A stretch of 63,703 bases of DNA, the filler included, from Octopus bimaculoides (lineage: Eukaryota), in assembly GCF_001194135.2 (NCBI RefSeq). It is 4 parts of 4 records of this genome, joined end to end, with 100 filler letters (N's around TTAATTAATTAA, not from the genome) between each part and the next. Parts side by side here need not be neighbours in the genome. Positions count along the whole stretch, not along the records: positions 17,173 to 42,791 come from NC_068988.1; 3 more parts are not named here. One strand, written 5' to 3'. Shown here in pieces: positions 23,285 through 33,896 of the stretch (the first letter of the stretch is position 1; each line of letters starts with the position of its first letter). Both the position numbers and the translations under genes were made by a program. The notes beneath the pieces are model-generated. The model saw nothing but the letters and a program-made list of their open reading frames with translations. It had not been told where the DNA came from and searched no databases.

Positions 23285-23640
23285 GATAATACTAGGATGT
23301 TGCAAAACATCGTTGTAAAGTTTTGTAAAGAAAACATCGACAATGCAGAGAAACGAAAGGAGAAGAGATATGAAAAACTAATCGAAGAGTGCAGAGAACA
23401 GGGATGGACTGTCGAGTACTACCATCTGGCAGTGGGGGATAGAGGCTTCATTGAAAGAAAAATGACAACGCTATTCAAAAGAAGATTTGCGTTTTCAAAC
23501 TCGGAACTTAGAAAACTGATAAGGAGGATACAGGAGGCGGTCGAAAAAGCCAGCTTCTATATATGGCTGAAGCGGGAAGACCGAATATGGCTTGAAAATC
23601 ATAACAAGTCTAGGTGAGACAGGCTGACACTGAAGTGGCT
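23285..23640 (+). mobile_element. HERO/NeSL-like (R2 superfamily) REL endonuclease C-terminus
   Basis: ORF 23297..23617 ENIDNAEKRKEKRYEKLIEECREQGW..AVGDRGF...EAVEKASFYIWLKRE fits the EN..A.ERK..KY..L...C...GW....EVG.RGF...AE.AS.W.W pattern. Confidence 0.7.
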
Positions 23641-23946
23641 TCGCGCCCTCCATTGTCAGTANNNNNNNNNNNNNNNNNNNNNNNNNNNNNNNNNNNNNNN
23701 NNNNNNNNNNNNNNNNNNNNNNNNNNNNNNNNNNNNNNNNNNNNNNNNNNNNNNNNNNNNNNNNNNNNNNNNNNNNNNNNNNNNNNNNNNNNNNNNNNNN
23801 NNNNNNNNNNNNNNNNNNNNNNNNNNNNNNNNNNNNNNNNNNNNNNNNNNNNNNNNNNNNNNNNNNNNNNNNNNNNNNNNNNNNNNNNNNNNNNNNNNNN
23901 NNNNNNNNNNNNNNNNNNNNNNNNNNNNNNNNNNNNNNNNNNNNNN

Positions 23947-24060
23947 TTTAGACAGTGTCATGTGACAACTTGCTGGTGCTGCCTACTGGACCCTAGCAGC
24001 GGGAAATTTAGACAGTGTCACGTGACAACTAGCTGGGGCTGCCTGCTGGAGCCTAGCAGC
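23947..24060 (+). repeat. 60-bp-period direct repeat (at least 2 copies), followed by a TATA-like motif
   Basis: 23947-24000 vs 24007-24060 differ at 5 of 54 positions; gatataaaaagggg at 24062. Confidence 0.85.
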
Positions 24061-24299
24061 AGATATAAAAAGGGGAACTTGACACGACGATCAGTCGGAC
24101 GCTGACACTCGTTGATGCTGCATCGAAGAGGCCAGGGAATAGAAGAAAGAAGACATGCACCCAACACCAGAGCTGAAGACACCTCCGAAAGGAGGGGCCC
24201 CGCCACGTCAAAACGGTAGAGGAGTAGGGGCCGAAACCGGACGTGGTTCCTCCTTATGATGTCTTCAGCTAACTGGATCCTATAAAGGAGCTGTTGTGG

Positions 24300-24600
24300 T
24301 AGCAGACCACGAAACATGGTTGAAATTCCTCATGAGAAGGCATTCAACCAGAAGTTAGGAATTTTATCCTTTCCTAGAGACTTCTATTTGCTTGATCTCC
24401 TGAGAAGAGATCTTATATCTTCTACCTAGATACCCTCCCACTTTTGCTCCTCTAAGGAGTCTAAGTCTGTAGATATTCTATCAATCCAAGGGGCCTTTTC
24501 ATTGTGTGTTTTTTTCTTCTGCCCAAATTTTATTCCAGAATTCCTGCACTTCTTCTTTTGATGGGACAGACTTTACTGTAACTGGAATCTTCCCTACCTT
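24300..24600 (-). mobile_element. R4/Dong-like pre-RT fragment
   Basis: Minus strand VPSKEEVQEFWNKIWAEEK, like the P..EEv..FW..IW motif upstream of the RT. Confidence 0.55.
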
Positions 24601-24619
24601 TCTTCTTCTTCTTCTTCTT

Positions 24620-25115
<496 letters not shown>

Positions 25116-25149
25116 CATCATCATCATTGTTATTTACTTTTAATCTACA

Positions 25150-26530
25150 TGTTTATTGCACTCATTTGCCGAAACACACCTAGTGCCCTAGGGCAAGTGA
25201 AGGATAAGAGATGTTACAGTATAACTGAAAGCTTGGGGAGGGAAGTGGTAGGGGCAGCAGCGAAATATCTCCTTGTAATACAACAACGCAATTGATAGGA
25301 TTTTTCGAAGGATGTGGGCAGTACTTGTCAGCACAATCTTTTGGATATCACTGAGACATGGTTCTCCTGGGATGTTGTCTAGATGTATCATACCTAGGGC
25401 ACCTACAATAACAGGAGCAGTTTTTGCTGTAAGATTCCACATCTTTTGCATTTCAATTTCCAAGTCCTTATATTTACTAAGTTTGTCAGATTCCCTTACA
25501 GATATATTTTTATCAGTGGGAACACTTACATTTACTAGTCTACAAGTATTTTCTTCCCTGTCTTTAATAATTATGAGTGGTCGATTAGCCTGGATCATTC
25601 TGTCGGTGTTGACTGGAAAATCTCAAGGGATAGTGACATTTTAACCGTCATATATTTTAACTGGACGATCAGAAGCTGTTTGCTAGGAATGACTAAAAGT
25701 TAGTATGGCTGCTAAAAACTGTTAAAGAGTTTAGCAATGATATCGGGATGGATTTTGGCCTTGGCTAAAGTAACTTTCTTATTTTTTCCTTCACAGTAGT
25801 ATGATGTATACCATCTCCTTCGTTTATTCCCAGGTATTTATAACTTTCTTGTGGGTAAAGTTCCTTGATGGTAGCATCGGTATCTAATTAAAGGGAAACT
25901 GTTTGTTTGAGCTTGCCTCTTACAAAAGTTACTTTAGCCAAAGCCAAAGTCCATCCCGATATCATTGCTAAACTCTTTAACAGTTTTTAGCAGCCATACT
26001 AACTTTTAGTCATTCCTAGCAAACAGCTTCTGATCGTCCAGCAAAAATACATGGTTTATTATAGTGCTAAAAATTTTGTAGTCATATCTGGTGTTATTCA
26101 ATTCATATGAGAGTGGGATCAGTGCCATGCAAAGGAGTAATGGAGAGAAGGAGTCACCTGGAAAAATGTCTCGTTTGAGTTGATGTTGTTAGATTGGTTC
26201 ATCCCATGACTATGATTTAGAAAGAGACGTGTGTTCCACTTAGCCATGCTGCCTTGTAAGAATTTGGAGACGACAAGAGAGCTCTTGTATATCCCAAGGA
26301 CCGTGAGTAGCCTTTTATGAGGGACACTATCAAACACTTTCCTGTAGTTTATCCATGCCAAACTTAGGTTCTTGTTTTTGCTTTGGCAATTCTCTACAAT
26401 CATTCTATTTATGAGTAATTGGTCTTTGCATCCATAAGAATTTCTTTTAGAACCTTTTCGAACTTGAGGAAAGATAGAGTTCTGTTCAAGGAAAGCGTTA
26501 GTATGGAGGTGAGAATCTTGTAGGTGGTGT
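25150..26530 (-). mobile_element. Rearranged R4/Dong-like element (RT fragment, inverted duplication, REL domain)
   Basis: ORF 26119..26403 (NLSLAWINYRKVFDSVPH) and ORF 25188..25598 (ANRP..IIIKD..KLSKYKDLEIE..TAHILRKILS); 117-bp inverted repeat between them. Confidence 0.85.
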
Positions 26531-26560
26531 TGATATGTTATTGGTCGGTAGTTCTTCGGA

Positions 26561-26639
<79 letters not shown>

Positions 26640-27300
26640 GCGGCGAAGGTGAAGGCGAAGGTGGCGAAGTCGTTAGCAGCATTTCCTCCATCTTTACGTT
26701 CTGAGTTCAGATTCTGCCGGGGTTGACTTTGCCTTTCATCCTTTCATGGTCGATGAAATAAACACCAATTGAGCATTGGGTTCGATGTAATTGACTAACC
26801 TCCTCCCCTCAAATATCAGGCCTTGTGCTTATAGTAAAAAGCTTTATTATTAGGGTGGCGAGCTGGCAGAACCGTTAGCACGCCGGGAAAATGCTTGGCG
26901 ACATTTCGTCCGTCTTTATGTTCTTAGTTCAAATTCCGCCAAGGTCGACTTTGCCTTTGATCTTTTCGGATCGATAAAATAAATGCCGATTGAGCATCGG
27001 AGTCGATGTAAACGACTTAAACCTTTCCCCGAAATTGCTGGTCTTGTGCCAAAATTTGAAACCATGATAAATGCGCTGAGCTGGCAAAATCGTTAGCACG
27101 CCTGGTGAATTGTGCTTAGCGGTATTTCGTTCGTCTTTACGTTCTGAGTTCAAATTCTGCAGAGGTCGACTTTGCCTTTCATCTTTTCAGAGTTGATAAA
27201 ACAAGTACCAGTTGAGCATTTGGGTCGATGTAATCGTCCCATCCCCACCCATCAAATTTCAGGCCTTGTATCTATAGTAGAAAGGATTATTACTATTATT
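26640..27300 (+). mobile_element. Three head-to-tail copies of SINE family B
   Basis: Units start at about 26640, 26853 and 27075, each with gttagc..gagttca..gtcgactttgccttt..gtcgatgtaa. Confidence 0.85.
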
Positions 27301-28521
27301 GCTTCTGAACACTGAGCTATGGATTGCAATCTCTCCCTAAGCTGGAAAACGATTTGATGATAATTATTTTTAATAATTTGTCAACAAATAAATTTTAAAC
27401 AGTTTGGTCGTTTAAAGGATAAACAAAATAACCATACCTCTCTCCTCTGCCATTTCCGAAACAAAATCCACAAAAGAAAAAAATATGTAATAAACCAAAT
27501 TAGCAAACTAAAAGCAATTGTTTTCCACTTATGAGATAATCGCAATCCGCAGCTCAGTGTTGGCGTCTTAGTGGTGCTGAGAATGAGGCAACTTTATGCT
27601 ACATGTGTTGGAATAAGAACCACAGAAGTGATAAAATATGAGGATTGTCGCAAGAAGCAGTAGACACAATAACAACAGCAGGTTTCTGAAGTGTAAATGA
27701 CTGGACGAAGGACGGAGTTCAAAGTTACTGTCACACTACTATCAGTCGTAGCTCCGAAGATAGTAAAAGTAGAAACAGAAACATAAAATCGCCTCATTCT
27801 CAATACCTCTAAGACGCCAATGAAGTCGGACACTGAAAAGCTAAATGGTCTCTTTAAACCCAGGGCAGGGGAGACCAGAGACTCTGAGCAGATGTTTCAA
27901 CCCATCTGCTTGCAGCGATAAGAAGTTTGGCCTAGGAGAAAAGCAGAAAACGGTCGAGGAGGATAGGAAGACAAAGAGAAGGCAAAAATGAATAGAACAG
28001 ATTAAAACCATAAAGAATAATGAAATTCTTCGCAGAAGGGTGCTCTTTTGCGTGGAGTGCATCGATCATATACTTTCTCAAAAGGATAACTAGAGCCTAC
28101 TAAACTGCAGTTAGTGAAAATTACACCAACAGTCTATCAACAACTAATAAAGAACTCCCTTGGATTATATGAGAGGTTTCGCTGTTCAACCAAAACTAAG
28201 GTGCTCACGTTAGAATTTTGAAGAACCAAGTCATAAATGGGAAATTACAAAGAGTGCCCGGAGCTGAAGCTGATTGGAATCGTGAATTGGTCTGTTTATT
28301 ATTAGAATTTTAACCTGTTTTGTATTTCTTCTCACATTTTTATAACTTGTTTGCTCTATCTCACCATTTATTGTAAATAGACTTACAGACATATTTTGTT
28401 ACATTTCTATGACACGTTTTGTACTATAATGCTGAAATAAATGTTCGAATTTTAAATCCATATAGAGTCGACTTTGCCTTTTATCCTCCAGAGTGCGACA
28501 AAATAATACAACTAATATATT

Positions 28522-30020
28522 ATGTCCCTCGAGAGATGGCTAGTGGCAGCTGTCCTCTATGACATAGAAGACACTGCCACTATTTTGGAAGTACATAAGT
28601 TGCACAGCCGGAACTGGTCGGGTATGGGAATGCAGTTTCTCGCTCAAATTGACCAACAAACAATAAATTCTATACCCGACTCTATAAATTTGCCGGACGG
28701 CACAAGAATACACGTTGCTGTAGAGGAGCGAAGGCCAAAGTGCTACCTCTGCAGCAGCGACCAACATTTGAAAGTAGATTGTCCAATCTACAAGCAGAGA
28801 ATGGAGGCGGAGAAAAAGAAAAAGTTGCAGCAGCAGCAACAACAACAACAACAACAGGAGGTGCAGCAGAAGGAAAAACCTAAAGCCTCCACACCACCAA
28901 CACCATCACCACCAGCAACAACAACACCAATTTCGACAGAAATTTCACCACCGACTGAAACAGACCCCAAAGACATCCCCTTTCCCGACCAAATCAGCTC
29001 GGATAGTGCGAGTACTGATAGTGAGAAAGGTGAGGGATAAACAGGGGAGGCACAAGAAAGGAGAGCTTCCCAACATCATCAACAACATCCACTCACAACA
29101 ATTGGCAACACCTTTTCCACCTCTACCACCGCAACACCAACACTTACAGACACCACCAACGTTACAACAATAAACACAAAAAATGAACAATTAGTAACAT
29201 ATTTGAAAAACAACACAGACACAAAAATTTCGGATTTTGTCATACCCACACACAACACACCACCAGCACACATACTCACACTAAAAATATCGCAGGACAA
29301 CTATCAGAAAATAAAATCCAAATTTCCAAATGATGTTGGGTCGATAGGGAGAAGTTTCTCCTAAAAACTCTTTCGCAATCTGGTGGAAATACCCACACAG
29401 AAGCACAAGGGAGCCACCCCACCAGACAACAGCCGTAAGCAGAGCTTTTCTCCTGAACGAATACTTTTTTTTTAAAACATGGTCGTACTCAGAATCGGCA
29501 GTATAAATGTGAGAAGCCTCGGGTCGCCTTGGAAACAAGGTCACCTGTTAAACGACCTGAGGTCTTACAGTGTGGATGTAGCAGCCATTAGCGAAACCAG
29601 GCTCTCCGACCCGCGGGAACTCGCAGCCCTTTTCGGCGGATACGAGATTTTTCTATCTCTGTGTCGGCCGGGAGCGGGCGGTAGTGGTACTGCAGTGCTA
29701 TTTCGGAAAGGCCGGGATTTGAAAATAAAGGCAGTCTTCCNNNNNNNNNNNNNNNNNNNNNNNNNNNNNNNNNNNNNNNNNNNNNNNNNNNNNNNNNNNN
29801 NNNNNNNNNNNNNNNNNNNNNNNNNNNNNNNNNNNNNNNNNNNNNNNNNNNNNNNNNNNNNNNNNNNNNNNNNNNNNNNNNNNNNNNNNNNNNNNNNNNN
29901 NNNNNNNNNNNNNNNNNAAAGCCTCACCAACCTGCTCAGACGCTTTCAGCTACTTTTTGTCCTGTCTTTGTCCTTACATGTTTTTGATTTATATTAGCCC
30001 TTGTGGCCAATAAAACAAGA
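28522..30020 (+). mobile_element. Tx1/L1-like retrotransposon: ORF1 (CCHC zinc knuckle), start of ORF2 (APE endonuclease), 3' end
   Basis: ORF 28522..29040 has CYLCSSDQHLKVDC (CX2CX4HX4C). ORF 29479.. starts LRIGSINVRSL..DVAAISETRL (APE). AATAAA at 30009 and (ATT)n tail follow the gap. Confidence 0.85.
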
Positions 30021-30066
<46 letters not shown>

Positions 30067-31274
30067 ATTATTGTTGTTGTTGTTGTTGTTGTTATTGTTG
30101 TTGTTGTTATTGTTGTTGTTGTTATTGTTGTTGTTGTTATTATTATTATTTAGTATAGAAGTAGTAGCAGCAACATCTGTGGTTGCAAGTGGGGTGATAT
30201 TGCGTTTTGACGCTCTAACTTAAGGCACTTCAAATTGTCTAACTTTATTCGCCTAAAATCAAAACATTTAAAACTTTTGATCTCTTTTCTGCAACATTTT
30301 CAAGCATAGTCTTTCTTTTCTTCATAAATTTAGTTATGTTATTATATTACCAATATTATTGCTATTGTTATTATCGTCATTCTGTTCCTGCTATAACATT
30401 TTATCCTTATTCTTTAATATTCCTTCTAACTATGTATATTTCCGTTTATTTCAGTTCAGAAGCTCTACAACAGGTAGTTGTAGAGTAACTAGCTACATCA
30501 GAACAGTTTAGCTGGCGGGTAAACTCTTGCACTATGCCAACCGTTGGCAACCGGGAGGACAATATGCAGAAAAGAAGTCGAAAGTATATTAAAGAAAAGC
30601 AAATAATAAAATCAAGAATGCGCCTTTAGCTGTGGTGTAATCTTTTACATTCTCCGTTCTGTTTTCTACATTCTGCACGTTAATTAGGGATATTACAGAG
30701 GCGATGGTGGCTTGCGCTTCTTCTCATTGACACTTATTGGTCGTTTTGGCAGGACAAAAATAAGGCAGATAAAGGAAACAGCCGAATTTACCACTCATTA
30801 ACAGGGTCGGTTTTGTGCATAGAGAAAATTTTAATTTGTTTAGCGCTGACCGAAAATGTAAGCTGAAAGTCCAGAAATAATTAGAAAAGAAACACTCAGA
30901 AAGTAAGGAAATATGCACACAACACTGAAGTAAAACTTTTGCAAACGAATGAGATTGGATAGAGAATGGCTCGAAGCAAGAGTTGGTCAACAGATAAACA
31001 ATGAAGGATATTATATACATATGCATACAGATATACATTCGTATACAGACACTCATATACATACATGTATACATACATACACACACACTCATATATACAT
31101 ATATTAAGAGAAAGTTAGGATAGAGATAGATATATATACATATACATATGTATATATACTTTAATACATAAACGTGTATTTATACATACTACATATATAT
31201 ACACAGATATAGATATTTATATACCTACACACACGCACACCCAATTATACAGACAGCGCGCGCACATTCACTCA

Positions 31275-31337
<63 letters not shown>

Positions 31338-32789
31338 NNNNNNNNNNNNNNNNNNNNNNNNNNNNNNNNNNNNNNNNNNNNNNNNNNNNNNNNNNNNNNN
31401 NNNNNNNNNNNNNNNNNNNNNNNNNNNNNNNNNNNNNNNNNNNNNNNNNNNNNNNNNNNNNNNNNNNNNNNNNNNNNNNNNNNNNNNNNNNNNNNNNNNN
31501 NNNNNNNNNNNNNNNNNNNNNNNNNNNNNNNNNNNNNNNNNNNNNNNNNNNNNNNNNNNNNNNNNNNNNNNNNNNNNNNNNNNNNNNNNNNNNNNNNNNN
31601 NNNNNNNNNNNNNNNNNNNNNNNNNNNNNNNNNNNNNNNNNNNNNNNNNNNNNNNNNNNNNNNNNNNNNNNNNNNNNNNNNNNNNNNNNNNNNNNNNNNN
31701 NNNNNNNNNNNNNNNNNNNNNNNNNNNNNNNNNNNNNNNNNNNNNNNNNNNNNNNNNNNNNNNNNNNNNNNNNNNNNNNNNNNNNNNNNNNNNNNNNNNN
31801 NNNNNNNNNNNNNNNNNNNNNNNNNNNNNNNNNNNNNNNNNNNNNNNNNNNNNNNNNNNNNNNNNNNNNNNNNNNNNNNNNNNNNNNNNNNNNNNNNNNN
31901 NNNNNNNNNNNNNNNNNNNNNNNNNNNNNNNNNNNNNNNNNNNNNNNNNNNNNNNNNNNNNNNNNNNNNNNNNNNNNNNNNNNNNNNNNNNNNNNNNNNN
32001 NNNNNNNNNNNNNNNNNNNNNNNNNNNNNNNNNNNNNNNNNNNNNNNNNNNNNNNNNNNNNNNNNNNNNNNNNNNNNNNNNNNNNNNNNNNNNNNNNNNN
32101 NNNNNNNNNNNNNNNNNNNNNNNNNNNNNNNNNNNNNNNNNNNNNNNNNNNNNNNNNNNNNTATATATATATATATATATATGATTAATCTATGATTAAT
32201 CTATCTGCTCTTGTTCTCTTCATATGCTTTTGTATGTTATATTTTTTTAATAAGAAATATAGCTCTGTCATGTTTTGCGTATTAAAATTGGAAAATACCA
32301 TAAAAAATGGCGTAAGGAATCATCCATGCCATAAATGAATAATTAAATAGTAGAATTATAGAAAAGTTTGGGAACAGGATTCGGGAAATAATTCTATATT
32401 AAAATGAATATGTAAATTATGGGCTGTTAAGGTGAAAATGTTGCTTAAATAAAACGGCTAGCAATTTATTGATATTAAAGTAATTTTGAAATAGAGTTTA
32501 AGCGTAATAATTAGTGGATCGTAATTCAGGTAAGCTGGGACGAGTATTACTATTGAAACTAGCGATTTTAATTGATTGTTGGAACTGTGAATAATAAAAC
32601 TGAAAATTCGTGAAAAAAATAGAATGTTTGTGAACGTGTAGTGAATGTTTAGGGAGATGAATAGTGATTAGCGAGGCTTCACAACGAGAAAATGGCATTT
32701 TGATTAAATGTTCAAGTAACTGAATGGAAAATACTATTCTCTGCATTACTCGTATATGGAAATATCGCCAAAAGGTTCAGAGAAATAAC

Positions 32790-32862
<73 letters not shown>

Positions 32863-33418
32863 CACACACACACACGTATGTATGTATGTATGTATGTATG
32901 TATATAAACAAAATCGAGCACACATACACAAGGTGTGTGTGTGTAGCTAGTTCGTGGATCGGCTGCATTTTAGGCGTAAAAGAATATATTCTCAATGTGC
33001 CTGGTGTTAAAACCACCTGAAAGTAGGTCCTAGGCAAGTGAGATAACTTATATCAGGTCCCTTTCTCGGAGCGACAGACATCGATGTTTCATCATTTATG
33101 TGACTTTTCAATGCCGCGTACGGAACAGGGCCTGCTACATGCCGTATGACTATATGCTAAGTGGTTTAGAAACCATCTGCTGGTATGACCCAACGTTTCA
33201 TACCACGAGAAAAATTCAAGTATTATTTGGAAGCTGCTCGAGGTATATAAACAAAATCGAACATACATACATATGTATGTATGTATTTGAGGTGTATTCC
33301 GTTAAGAAGCTATTAGAGTACAAAACAGAGCTCGTTCACCCTTACAATTACCAGATACCCGGCAGTAGTATGGTATACTACCAATTCTAGGCTTAGGCAT
33401 TCCTCGTATGTGAAAAAT

Positions 33419-33772
33419 AAAAAGGAAAGAATAAATAGAGTCAAAAGGAAGGAGGAGTACGATTGGAGAGCTGTTTACTGACCACTACACATGTTTCGAT
33501 TCAACAAAGATCCACATATATACGGGATTTAAATTTAAATCAAGTAACGGTTTACCCGTATAATAGGACCTAGTTACTTACAGAGACAGTGATTTTATAT
33601 CACCTGAGGAGATGCAACTAGGCTCTATTATACAGGTAAACCGTTACTTAATTTTAATGTAAATCCTGTATATATGTGGATCTATGTTGTATCGAAACAT
33701 GTGTAGTAGTCATTAAACAGCTGTCCAATCGTACTCCCTCTTCCTTTTGATTCTATCTATTCTTTCCTTTTT
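33419..33772. mobile_element. Foldback/MITE element, arms about 155 bp, 40-bp spacer
   Basis: 33419-33575 is the imperfect reverse complement of 33616-33772 (e.g. gtacgattggagagctgttta / taaacagctgtccaatcgtac; ctacacatgtttcgat / atcgaaacatgtgtag). Confidence 0.8.
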
Positions 33773-33782
33773 CATGTATATA

Positions 33783-33837
<55 letters not shown>

Positions 33838-33896
33838 GTATATGTATCTTTTATCTTTTACTGGTTTCAGCCCAGGGCTGAGGTCATACTGGTGCA

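Noticed and set aside
23947-24060. CRISPR-like direct repeats
   Set aside because: Eukaryotic context, only two adjacent units, no unique spacers and no cas genes.
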